From positions 1 to 30,627 of the IMG/VR virus record IMGVR_UViG_3300000949_000001: 30,627 nucleotides of DNA; one strand, given 5' to 3'. Both the position numbers and the translations under genes were made by a program. The notes under the pieces were generated by a model that made no database searches, had not been told where the DNA came from, and saw only the letters and a program-made list of their open reading frames with translations. Positions 13,607 through 21,753 of the stretch are shown here, in pieces. The stretch's first letter is position 1, and every line of letters starts with the position of its first letter. This DNA comes from a virus.

Positions 13607-14962
13607 TTAAACTATAAAGAAATTGTTGATCAGATTTCGTTCTATTGAATAAGAAGTTATATCAATATGCTCATCGTGTTTAGCATTTGGAAACGTGCTG
13701 ACTTGTTGAAGGAATGCATCGTTCCAATTATCTTTCACTAAATAAACCCTTCCGCCTTCAATGAATGGTGACGAAGCTCTTGCCCTTTCAATCTTTGAGT
13801 ACCTTACAAAATTAGTTTTTAATTCCGAAACATTGTAATTTGTTTCACGCCTTAATAATTGCACTAACGATTTTCCTGATGCTTTTGGCTCTACTAATAT
13901 TTGAGAAACATTAACCCCGCAGGATTTCACAAACGAATTAATAAAGTTTTTTAATTCAGGCATTTCGAGATATTTGTCAATGCTTTTAAAAATATAAAGA
14001 TTGTCACCACTTTTGCCACTAATTTGAATACCTGTTGGATCATTCTTTGTGTCTTTTGTGTAAGCACCATCAATGTACATTTCCCAAACAACATCCCCAG
14101 GAACTTCAGCTTTATTTATTATTCCAAACCAATCTTTGCGCCATTCACCACCTTCAGGGGGCGAAGGAATTTGCAAATATTGTCCGCTGAATGTATATCT
14201 GTCAGCTTGTCTAATTGCTTCCAACTCTTCAAATGAATGTTTTTCAGGCCATAAAGGAGTATTATTTTCGTCTAATGCTGGTAATTTTAAATGATACCAA
14301 TCCTCACCCGATCCACCCCCTAACAAATATCCTGACAAATCATCTTCGTGCAATCTTTGCATTATCACAATAATAGGAACGTCTCGACTATTTACCCTGG
14401 ATCTAATTGTTGTATTGTATCGGTTATTTATAAAGGAACGCCTAACATCAGAAAGTGCGTCATCAGGTTTTAAAGGGTCATCAATGATAATCGCTCCACC
14501 TGATCCAGCACCAAATCCTGTAATTGCACCCCCCGAAGCTGTTGCGTAAACTCCACCGCCTTCAGTAGTGTACCATTTCTTTTGGCTTTGACTGTCTTTT
14601 TTAAGTTCAATCCCCCAAAGTTTTTGAAAAGAATCTGAAGTTATATATTCTTTTGTTTGTGAACTATTGTCCAACGCCAATGAATCTGAATAAGATAAAT
14701 GAATAAATTTTGAAGTTGGGCGCTTCGCTAAACTCCAGGCAATAAACATTTTTACAGCAATTTCAGTTTTTCCGTATCTAGGCGGAATATTAATAATAAG
14801 GCGTTTTATCTCGCCATTATTTACTCGCTCTAAAGTGTCAGCTAATTTGTGATGAAACTCAGCGGATTCAAACCTTTTACCTGTGTTTTCTTTAAAAATA
14901 TACCGAGTAAAAAATAACAAAGAATTTTCGCATTTATCTTTAATTATTTTATCAATACTCAT
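13607..14962 (-). CDS. terL: Terminase large subunit
   Basis: Walker A-like PPRYGKTE, Walker B-like AIIIDDPLKP, a coupling motif MQRLHEDD, and a C-terminal nuclease-like YIDGAYTKD. Confidence 0.9.
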   Translation of the reverse strand: MSIDKIIKDKCENSLLFFTRYIFKENTGKRFESAEFHHKLADTLERVNNGEIKRLIINIPPRYGKTEIAVKMFIAWSLAKRPTSKFIHLSYSDSLALDNSSQTKEYITSDSFQKLWGIELKKDSQSQKKWYTTEGGGVYATASGGAITGFGAGSGGAIIIDDPLKPDDALSDVRRSFINNRYNTTIRSRVNSRDVPIIVIMQRLHEDDLSGYLLGGGSGEDWYHLKLPALDENNTPLWPEKHSFEELEAIRQADRYTFSGQYLQIPSPPEGGEWRKDWFGIINKAEVPGDVVWEMYIDGAYTKDTKNDPTGIQISGKSGDNLYIFKSIDKYLEMPELKNFINSFVKSCGVNVSQILVEPKASGKSLVQLLRRETNYNVSELKTNFVRYSKIERARASSPFIEGGRVYLVKDNWNDAFLQQVSTFPNAKHDEHIDITSYSIERNLINNFFIV

Positions 14963-15326
14963 TCTCTAAAATATCCTCTATTTTCTTTTTTGCGTCTTCA
15001 GATAATTTACTTGTTGAAACTGAAGCTGTCATTTCAACTTCTTTGCGTTCAATATATCCTCGATGTTTGCCTTTTGTTTTTAAATAGAAAATTGTTGCAG
15101 TTGTATTTCCTTTTTTTATTTGCTGGTGCAATTGGCTTTCAGCAAAATCTAAAGTCATATTTTGCAACTCATCAACCTGATTTTTGAAATCCTGATCTTT
15201 TGAATAATATTCATAAAATGTAGATCGTGCGCATCCTACTATTTTACAGGCTGTTGTAACAATACCAAGCGATTTTTCCAATGCATCAATCAATTGCTTT
15301 TTAACTATGTCCGAATTTGTTGTCAT
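14952..15326 (-). CDS. terS: Terminase small subunit (HTH type)
   Basis: It overlaps terL by 11 nt. N-terminal HTH-like IVTTACKIVGCARSTFYEY and ATIFYLKTKGKHRGY motifs are typical of small terminases. Confidence 0.65.
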   Translation of the reverse strand: MTTNSDIVKKQLIDALEKSLGIVTTACKIVGCARSTFYEYYSKDQDFKNQVDELQNMTLDFAESQLHQQIKKGNTTATIFYLKTKGKHRGYIERKEVEMTASVSTSKLSEDAKKKIEDILENEY

Positions 15327-15442
15327 ATTGCAAATTTAAACATTTTAAAAAAAATAGCAATAATTAAAAAAAATACAATCATTAATAAAAAATTTGTAAT
15401 TGCTATTACTAAAAATCCGTACTTTAAATTTTTGTTTTTCAT
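15323..15442 (-). CDS. Tiny single-TM protein (39 aa)
   Basis: Hand translation gives MKNKNLKYGFLVIAITNFLLMIVFFLIIAIFFKMFKFAI. ATGA overlap with the terS start. Confidence 0.35.
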   Translation of the reverse strand: MKNKNLKYGFLVIAITNFLLMIVFFLIIAIFFKMFKFAI

Positions 15443-15448
15443 TTGTTT

Positions 15449-15937
15449 TTATTTACCGCATAACTCGCAAACATCCTCGTTTGTTTCCTTATCTTCTTTT
15501 TCTATAATTTCATCATCTTCATTTGCTAATATATCCAATCCCCAATTTTCAAGATCCTCCAAAATAAATTGATTTGCCAATATATCAAAATCCCATTCAC
15601 CAAATCCAACATTATCTTTAACAATGTACTCTTTACATTGATATTCATAACTAGCAACGTCAATTCCTTGTTTTTGCCTCTCAGCATTATTTTGATCAGC
15701 CATTTCCCTTGTAAAAATCTCAAAAGGAACTTCGCTCCATCCTAAATGTTTACAGGCCTTAAAACGCATATTTCCTCCGAGTATTACCATATTTTCGTCA
15801 ACCTTAATCGGATTCATTTCCATAAATGAAGGAGACTGTTTTATCGACTGTAATAACTTTACAAATTTAACATCCTTTATATATCTTGGATTGTTTTCAT
15901 TTGGTTTTAAATCATTTATATTTATTTTTTGTTTCAT
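15449..15937 (-). CDS. ParB-like nuclease domain (ParBc) protein
   Basis: LKPNENNPRYI...LLQSIKQ...NPIKVDENMVILGGNMRFKACKHLGW matches the ParB N-terminal domain pattern. No C-terminal methylase domain is present. Confidence 0.75.
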   Translation of the reverse strand: MKQKININDLKPNENNPRYIKDVKFVKLLQSIKQSPSFMEMNPIKVDENMVILGGNMRFKACKHLGWSEVPFEIFTREMADQNNAERQKQGIDVASYEYQCKEYIVKDNVGFGEWDFDILANQFILEDLENWGLDILANEDDEIIEKEDKETNEDVCELCGK

Positions 15938-15939
15938 AG

Positions 15940-16098
15940 TTAATGTATTTCAAATTTCCAATAATAATCACATTCCAACCCTTTATTCGGTGATGTAAAA
16001 AAATAACTTTGTCTGAATTCGCTAGGCGTTGCCTTATATCTATAACAAATCTCCTTAATCTCACAGCCTATTCCGTTACACATTGTAATATCTGCCAT
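15940..16098 (-). CDS. Tiny Cys-rich protein (52 aa)
   Basis: Hand translation gives MADITMCNGIGCEIKEICYRYKATPSEFRQSYFFTSPNKGLECDYYWKFEIH. Its stop lies 2 nt before the ParB start. Confidence 0.45.
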   Translation of the reverse strand: MADITMCNGIGCEIKEICYRYKATPSEFRQSYFFTSPNKGLECDYYWKFEIH

Positions 16099-16104
16099 TT
16101 TTTT

Positions 16105-16275
16105 TTATTTATACCAAACAAATGAAATTCCAAAAAATAAAAACATAAATTGCAAACAATGTTGATTCTCAGGAAATATTTCAGATTCGTCTTGATCTTC
16201 CATTTCAGAATTCCAGTAATTTACTCCCAACATTAATCCGTAAATTGGGAATATTATAGTTTCAAAATTTATCAT
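16105..16275 (-). CDS. Small hydrophobic protein (56 aa)
   Basis: Hand translation gives MINFETIIFPIYGLMLGVNYWNSEMEDQDESEIFPENQHCLQFMFLFFGISFVWYK. ATGA overlap with the upstream stop. Confidence 0.4.
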   Translation of the reverse strand: MINFETIIFPIYGLMLGVNYWNSEMEDQDESEIFPENQHCLQFMFLFFGISFVWYK

Positions 16276-16514
16276 AAATTAAAATATTTTTTGTAAATAT
16301 ATAAATAAAGTTCCCAACATTTGTCAGAAGCCTCATAATTTTCGTATGTATTATCTGATATTTTTATTTTTCCATTGTCGTTAATCTCAACCTTTAAACC
16401 TTTGGCAGTTGGCAAAACTCCAATTTTAATGTTATTTTTTAAGCACCATTTAATAGCTTCGTGATGTTCTTTTGTTGGAATTAAAAAAGTTGGTTTTGTT
16501 TTTATTTTTGCCAT
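16272..16514 (-). CDS. Hypothetical protein (80 aa)
   Basis: ORF 3 nt downstream of the primase-helicase gene. Confidence 0.6.
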   Translation of the reverse strand: MAKIKTKPTFLIPTKEHHEAIKWCLKNNIKIGVLPTAKGLKVEINDNGKIKISDNTYENYEASDKCWELYLYIYKKYFNL

Positions 16515-16517
16515 AAT

Positions 16518-18191
16518 TTAAAAAACAATATTATCAGTTATAACTTCAAATTTTTTTGTAGCCAAATCAATATCCCTATAAACCCCACCTGACTTGAAAT
16601 CGGGAGCAATATCAAAATCGCCAAGTTGTCCATTTTCTTTTCGCTTTACTTTTTCAATGTACATTTTTACAATATCTGAATCGTATTTTGTTTTTTGGCC
16701 TATGCATCTAAATACAATCATTCCATTATATGCCTTATTGAAAAAATCAGCACTTCCTGAAATATCGTACAAAGTTGGTTTTTTATAGTTCCCATTTTCA
16801 GATTCTATTTTTCTAGGGTGTGCCACTAAAAACAAATGCGTATTTGTTTGCTGACAAAATTGCGTAATTTGAGACAAGGCCCTTCCAATATATGAATGGT
16901 CTCTTTGTGCTGAATGGTCTAGCATATTCCAAGGATCAATCACGACAATATTAATACCCTTTTGAAATACCAATTGTTTAAAGGCATCCAAAATTCCCTC
17001 CAGCGTTAAATTTTCAAGATCTATTTTAATCCAATAAAAATGATCCTGAATAAAATCTTTTGTATTGTTTAAATCTTCGTTTGTGCAATTTTTTTCATTT
17101 AGTTTATTTGCAATTCTTTTAATGTGGCCCTCATAGGGAAATGATTCAGGAGAAAACATTGCGCAACGCATACCATAATTGACTGCCATATTGCAGCAAA
17201 TTTGATCAACAACGTCAGATTTTCCTGAATTTGGTATTCCTGTAACAACAGTCCACTCGCCAAATGCTAATTTGAAAAATGTATCTGATTCAGGCAGTCC
17301 AATTGAATAATTTTTGATTCCGTTTTCATTATAATTTAAAACATTCTGCCAAATGTTGTCAATGTTCAAAACACCCTCCAATGGGAAGTTTTTAGCGTTT
17401 TTTATAAAGTTCCTTAATGTTTCCGCGCCTTTTGATATTAAAACCTCGTTAGCGTCTTTAAAATCGCCAAATTCAACATATTTACAACGATACGCTCCAA
17501 ACCTTCTAGCAAGTTCGTTTCTTAATTCAATTCCAGGATTGTCATTATCTGTGCAAATTATTATCTGTTTTTTGTTTTCAAAATATTCGAAACAATTATC
17601 TAAATATTCCAAACGCTGATTTCCTTTTGATGCACCATTTGGAACTGAGCAAACCGAATAAATTCCAGCTTCGTGAAGTGACAACGCATCCATTTCGCCT
17701 TCGACAATATAAACTGTCTCCATTTCAACAATATTGTCAATACCATAAAATATAAGTTCAGCGCCTGAAACCATTTTAAAATTTTTCTCAGCGTCTCTAT
17801 ATTTTACATTTATAAGTTCTTTATTTCTAAAATAATTGAAATTGACAGCTCTTCTTTTTTTACCAACTTGCGGAAAAAATTCCAAAGATTCCCCAATTTT
17901 CCAATGTGACAATGTTGGCTGAGTGATCCCTCTATTGCCAAACCATTCAATCACCCTATCAGTTAAATTAACTTTTATAGATTCAGGTTTTATGTAATCT
18001 TGTTTTTTTTGGAATTTAGTTGTTCCACTCCATCCGCAATTGTGGCAATTGAATAAACCTTTATCAATATCAACTGACAATGATTTATCTGATTTATGTT
18101 TTCTTGAATCGCTACAATTTGGGCATTTTGTTTTTAATTTTCCTGTTGATTTATTACCAACGTCAATGTTAAAATCGCTGAATGTTTTCAT
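16518..18191 (-). CDS. Bifunctional primase-helicase (T7 gp4-like architecture)
   Basis: Zinc finger CPNC...CHNC. TOPRIM motifs YIVEGEMDALS and ICTDNDNPG. Helicase Walker A GIPNSGKS and Walker B-like VVIDPW. Confidence 0.9.
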   Translation of the reverse strand: MKTFSDFNIDVGNKSTGKLKTKCPNCSDSRKHKSDKSLSVDIDKGLFNCHNCGWSGTTKFQKKQDYIKPESIKVNLTDRVIEWFGNRGITQPTLSHWKIGESLEFFPQVGKKRRAVNFNYFRNKELINVKYRDAEKNFKMVSGAELIFYGIDNIVEMETVYIVEGEMDALSLHEAGIYSVCSVPNGASKGNQRLEYLDNCFEYFENKKQIIICTDNDNPGIELRNELARRFGAYRCKYVEFGDFKDANEVLISKGAETLRNFIKNAKNFPLEGVLNIDNIWQNVLNYNENGIKNYSIGLPESDTFFKLAFGEWTVVTGIPNSGKSDVVDQICCNMAVNYGMRCAMFSPESFPYEGHIKRIANKLNEKNCTNEDLNNTKDFIQDHFYWIKIDLENLTLEGILDAFKQLVFQKGINIVVIDPWNMLDHSAQRDHSYIGRALSQITQFCQQTNTHLFLVAHPRKIESENGNYKKPTLYDISGSADFFNKAYNGMIVFRCIGQKTKYDSDIVKMYIEKVKRKENGQLGDFDIAPDFKSGGVYRDIDLATKKFEVITDNIVF

Positions 18192-18225
18192 TTTGTTTTT
18201 GTTTTGTTTTGCGAAATTAAAAAAA

Positions 18226-18636
18226 TTATTTCAATTTAATGGAATCTTTTATATTTATTTTTGAAATTTTTTTTTGTATTTTATTTTTATTATCAAAATC
18301 AGTTGTTGTTGGAAGTGATTTCTCAAACCATTCAATATCTATATTTTTAAGATAAAACAAAAAAATTCCTTTTGGAGTGCTGTTAATATAAACAGGAACG
18401 TCGCCAGTAACATTTGAAATATTAACTAATGAATCAAACTTTGTTTTTTCAATAATTAAATCGTCATAATGTTTTTTTCTGCATTTTAATTCAATCCTGT
18501 TTTTCGTTTCAATATCATAACAATCAAACCTGGAAAAACCCTCATTCGTATTGACTAGCAAATTATAATAGTTTTGACTTAGCCAATAAAACAAATCTGA
18601 TTCGTTCCAATCTTTTAAATGTTTACTTATTCTCAT
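18226..18636 (-). CDS. Hypothetical protein, possible PD-(D/E)XK-like nuclease (weak)
   Basis: FDCYD...RIELKCRKK resembles a D...ExK active-site arrangement. No other support. Confidence 0.35.
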   Translation of the reverse strand: MRISKHLKDWNESDLFYWLSQNYYNLLVNTNEGFSRFDCYDIETKNRIELKCRKKHYDDLIIEKTKFDSLVNISNVTGDVPVYINSTPKGIFLFYLKNIDIEWFEKSLPTTTDFDNKNKIQKKISKINIKDSIKLK

Positions 18637-19522
18637 TTAGAACATATTGTTTCAACTCATTAAATTCATCTGTGAACATTAACTGTTTTATGTGAAATTC
18701 AAACAAATCTCCAGTTTTTGTTTTTGCGCCAAGCTCATTTAAGCCATTTGCGGGACTTTTATAAATAAAGTAACTGATTAATCCTTTTACTTTATTAAAT
18801 CCAACAGGGCGCTCCTTAGACCTGTTATTTAGCATAAAGCGATCAATATACTTAATTCCATTTTTGTCAGCATTACGAAGTTTTAAAATACTTAAAAAAT
18901 TAGATTGCCAAAAATCGTCAGATCTTAAATCTTTTGCCACTTTATAAACTTCAGTCAATTTGTATTTATCAATCCTTTCAATTTTATCTAGGCAGTCCAT
19001 CCATTTATTTTTTTGTGCCTCAGATTTTGGTTTATATTGATCAGGAAATAATGATACAAAATGCGGAAACGCTTTTAAAACTGTTTCACTAAATTCAGGC
19101 GTTTTTGATTTTGTGTATTTATTATTCTTTTTTGTATTATTATTATATAATACGTTAGTATTATATATATCCTTAAAGTTTTCTTTAATAGGGGTATTAA
19201 AGTTTTCTTTAATAGGTATTAAAGTTTTCTTTAATAGGGGTAAGATAAAAATTTTTCTTTGTTCAATCTCTTTTGATCCACTTTTATAAATCATTTCCAA
19301 CCTTATAAACTTGTTTTTTTCAAGATTTGAAATCCAATTTGAAACGCTTACTTTTGATACATTATATAAGTTGGCGAAATAAGAATTTGAAGCGTAACAA
19401 AATCCCTTGTCATTTGTTAATGCTGTTATTTCACCGTACAAAAGTTTTTCGTTTGCTTTTAAATCTTTGCAGTATCTTACATCTGCTGGAATGATTGCGT
19501 AATATGATTTTTTGTCTTCCAT
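18623..19522 (-). CDS. Replication initiator / replisome organiser with N-terminal winged-HTH
   Basis: The N-terminus YYAIIPADVRYCKDLKANEKLLYGEITALTNDKGFCYASNSYFANLYNVSKVSVSNWISNLEKNKFI matches the phage HTH initiator pattern. Iterons lie inside the gene. Confidence 0.7.
   Translation of the reverse strand: MEDKKSYYAIIPADVRYCKDLKANEKLLYGEITALTNDKGFCYASNSYFANLYNVSKVSVSNWISNLEKNKFIRLEMIYKSGSKEIEQRKIFILPLLKKTLIPIKENFNTPIKENFKDIYNTNVLYNNNTKKNNKYTKSKTPEFSETVLKAFPHFVSLFPDQYKPKSEAQKNKWMDCLDKIERIDKYKLTEVYKVAKDLRSDDFWQSNFLSILKLRNADKNGIKYIDRFMLNNRSKERPVGFNKVKGLISYFIYKSPANGLNELGAKTKTGDLFEFHIKQLMFTDEFNELKQYVLNENK
19144..19167. repeat. AT-rich inverted repeat TATATAATAC-N4-GTATTATATA next to the iterons
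   Basis: Perfect 10-bp arms seen directly. It lies inside the initiator CDS. Confidence 0.7.
19173..19238. repeat. Three direct repeats (iterons) TTAAAGTTTTCTTTAATAGG, candidate replication origin
   Basis: Identical 20-mers at 19173-19192, 19197-19216 and 19219-19238 (periods 24 and 22 bp). Each contains TTAAAG-N4-CTTTAA. They encode the repeated peptide IKENF. Confidence 0.8.
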
Positions 19523-19531
19523 AAAAAAATA

Positions 19532-19573
19532 ACCCTGTTAAATCAGCGGTCAAGGGCGCATCATCAACAGGGT
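19532..19573 (-). promoter_or_regulatory. 8-bp inverted repeat (ACCCTGTT...AACAGGGT) plus a U tract directly before the initiator ATG
   Basis: The minus RNA forms ACCCUGUU-loop26-AACAGGGU followed by UAUUUUUUU and then ATG 19522. It could be a terminator, an attenuator or a protein-binding site. Confidence 0.35.
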
Positions 19574-19615
19574 ATCTATTAATTTTTTAGTATTAGTTGC
19601 CTTGACACAACTTCG

Positions 19616-19623
19616 CAAATGTA
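19616..19623 (-). promoter_or_regulatory. TAcaTTTG box upstream of the initiator leader
   Basis: Plus strand reads CAAATGTA, about 94 nt upstream of ATG 19522. Confidence 0.3.
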
Positions 19624-19632
19624 GGTAAAATT

Positions 19633-19881
19633 TTAAAACAATTTATAATTTTCTTTTATAGAATCACAAAAGTTTCTAAAATCTTTAAAGATATTTTTTA
19701 AATCAACCAATTCAATATCCGCATCCTCAAATCGAAACCATAACAGCTCTATTAAAAGATCGAATTCAACCCTAGTGCATTTACCTATAAAATTATAAGT
19801 ATCTGCAAATTGCTCAGGTTTTGAAATAGTCCATCTAATTTTTTGATTTTTGTCATCAAAATATACATCTCTATATTTCAT
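19633..19881 (-). CDS. Hypothetical protein (82 aa)
   Basis: ORF in the early-gene array. No motif recognised. Confidence 0.6.
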   Translation of the reverse strand: MKYRDVYFDDKNQKIRWTISKPEQFADTYNFIGKCTRVEFDLLIELLWFRFEDADIELVDLKNIFKDFRNFCDSIKENYKLF

Positions 19882-19886
19882 TTTTT

Positions 19887-20258
19887 TTAATTTTTAAAGT
19901 AATTATCAATTGTTTTAATTGCATCGTCAAAGTTATTATGCCAATTTACCTCCCAGTTGCAATTTTCAAGCCATTTAAGCCATTCTTTTTGGTTTGGTGT
20001 AGGTTTATTATATTTATGTTTTAATTCAATCGCTAAACCGTTCTTTTTTGAATTTGGAGTAAATATCAATAAATCAGGAATTCCTGGTTTTGCCCCCAAA
20101 TATTTCATTTTAAATTGTTCAAAAGGCGAACGCTTACCCTCATTCATTGGATGCGTAAAAATAGCCTTAGGATAACTCATAGTTATATAATTTATGACAG
20201 CTCTTTGCAAAAGATCCTCGCCTTTTAAATATTTCTCAAATGGATTTTTTGAAATCAT
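19887..20258 (-). CDS. VRR-NUC domain nuclease
   Basis: GAKPGIPDLLIF...GLAIELKHKYNKPTPNQKEWLKWL matches the VRR_NUC pattern (PD...ExK...Q..W). Confidence 0.75.
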   Translation of the reverse strand: MISKNPFEKYLKGEDLLQRAVINYITMSYPKAIFTHPMNEGKRSPFEQFKMKYLGAKPGIPDLLIFTPNSKKNGLAIELKHKYNKPTPNQKEWLKWLENCNWEVNWHNNFDDAIKTIDNYFKN

Positions 20259-20390
20259 TTACAATTTATTATCAATTACCTGGATCAAATTCCTGAAAAA
20301 ACTTTTTTCCTGTTCGTCAAATAAATTAACCCCATTCACTTCTAAAATAAAATGATCCTTTTTTGTTTTTATAAAATTAATTTTATCCAT
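20259..20390 (-). CDS. Hypothetical small protein (43 aa)
   Basis: Hand translation gives MDKINFIKTKKDHFILEVNGVNLFDEQEKSFFRNLIQVIDNKL. It fills the gap exactly: it overlaps the upstream gene by 8 nt and abuts the VRR-NUC start. Confidence 0.4.
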   Translation of the reverse strand: MDKINFIKTKKDHFILEVNGVNLFDEQEKSFFRNLIQVIDNKL

Positions 20391-20772
20391 TTTGTTTTTC
20401 TTTTAGTATTGTTATTTCTTTTATTAATAAATCTTTTGCAATTTTAATCAATTCATATTTATTTTTTAACTTTTTTTGCTCAAAATGTTTAACTGTTCTG
20501 TCATAAAAAACCTTTTGTTTTAAATTCTCAAACTTTTTTTCAAAATCTTTGTCGTAAAAAAGCCAGTTTTCAAAATTTTTAAGCGTATGCAAAACAGTTG
20601 CGTGATCCCTTCCAATTTCTCGCCCTATTTTAGCTAATGAACATTTTGTTTTTTTCTTAGCCAAATAATAATAACAAGCTCTAATCATTACCATTTCACG
20701 AGTTCTTTTTGTAGCTGACAAATCAACTTCAAAATGATTGTTTACGATTTCAATTATTTCTTTTAGTTCCAT
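20383..20772 (-). CDS. DnaA domain IV-like (Bac_DnaA_C-like) HTH DNA-binding protein
   Basis: RACYYYLAKKKTKCSLAKIGREIGRDHATVLHTLKNFENWL parallels the DnaA C-terminal pattern SL..IG..fg.RDHsTV.ha..ki. Confidence 0.6.
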   Translation of the reverse strand: MELKEIIEIVNNHFEVDLSATKRTREMVMIRACYYYLAKKKTKCSLAKIGREIGRDHATVLHTLKNFENWLFYDKDFEKKFENLKQKVFYDRTVKHFEQKKLKNKYELIKIAKDLLIKEITILKEKQNG

Positions 20773-20774
20773 TT

Positions 20775-21536
20775 CTACAAAATTAAAGATCCATCGTCGT
20801 TAAAATCATTCCAAATGTAACCCGAAACAATTCCTGTTTCAACGTAAACTTTCCAATCATTAAAGGCACGTTTCCATCCGTTTCTGCCTTGCTCAATCAT
20901 TTCGTCACTTAATCCATAAACCTCAACAGAAAATGGATAATTTGTTTCAACGGCAATAAATCTAAAGTTTTCAGCAGGAATGCCTAACATATCACAATAA
21001 AAAGCGCATTGTAAATGATAACCGTATTTATAAACATCTCTTTTAAATGCTGAAGGCGAATTGTCTTGACAAGTCTTTACATCTGATATAAAATTCTCGA
21101 TTCTATTTAAAACGTCAGGCCTTATTCTTACATCAATGTTTTCGTGTTTATGATAGTGTGACAATTCAATTTCGCCTTTACAATATTTTTGGGCCAAATC
21201 ATTGTTTCTGAAATTATTTAAAATAAAAGTAATTTTTTCGTGATCGTCCTGTGTTAATAATATTTTTCCTTCAGCTTTTTTCTGTTCAATTTCAAACGCT
21301 TCTTTGCCTACTTTTGTACGTCTGTCAATACTTGGCATAACGTGATAATTTTTGTAGTACAATTCAGGCTCTAGCATTGCGCAATGTACTGCTGATCCTA
21401 ACGCCATTGATGCTGATTCAAATGGTTTTTGTTTTAAAAAATGATAAACAGATTTCTTATAAATTGTTTTTAAACCTGAAGCGCTGATTCCTGGAGATGA
21501 ATGATAATTTTCGTTTGTGTCAAATTTTGTTTCCAT
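20775..21536 (-). CDS. PD-(D/E)XK recombination exonuclease (RecB/Exo VIII-like fold)
   Basis: Motifs SAVHCAMLEP, ISDVKT (DxK) and GYHLQCAFY (QxxxY). It lies next to the SSAP and SSB-like genes. Confidence 0.7.
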   Translation of the reverse strand: METKFDTNENYHSSPGISASGLKTIYKKSVYHFLKQKPFESASMALGSAVHCAMLEPELYYKNYHVMPSIDRRTKVGKEAFEIEQKKAEGKILLTQDDHEKITFILNNFRNNDLAQKYCKGEIELSHYHKHENIDVRIRPDVLNRIENFISDVKTCQDNSPSAFKRDVYKYGYHLQCAFYCDMLGIPAENFRFIAVETNYPFSVEVYGLSDEMIEQGRNGWKRAFNDWKVYVETGIVSGYIWNDFNDDGSLIL

Positions 21537-21560
21537 TTTGTTTTTGTTTTTGTTTTTTGT

Positions 21561-21698
21561 TTAATTTTTAGAATATGTAACTGTAATATTGTAATCCTTC
21601 ATTTTAGCCTGTAACTCTAATATCTTATTATTTAAATTGGTATTTTCTTTTTCTAAAGCCTTAATTCTGAAATTTAGGAACTTAATTAAATCATTCAT
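21561..21698 (-). CDS. Small coiled-coil protein (45 aa)
   Basis: Hand translation gives MNDLIKFLNFRIKALEKENTNLNNKILELQAKMKDYNITVTYSKN. Confidence 0.35.
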   Translation of the reverse strand: MNDLIKFLNFRIKALEKENTNLNNKILELQAKMKDYNITVTYSKN

Positions 21699-21753
21699 TT
21701 TATTTTGTTTTATTTATACTTAACGGAATATCGAACCCCTTTTTTGTTTTTGT

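Noticed and set aside
19602-19631. Near-perfect sigma-70-type promoter on the plus strand: TTGACA (19602-19607), N18, TAAAAT (19626-19631), pointing antisense into the 19633..19881 gene.
   Set aside because: The inferred Bacteroidota host uses a different sigma-A consensus (TTG / TAnnTTTG). It is a single occurrence in AT-rich DNA with no plus-strand ORF or RNA structure downstream. An antisense transcript cannot be formally excluded.
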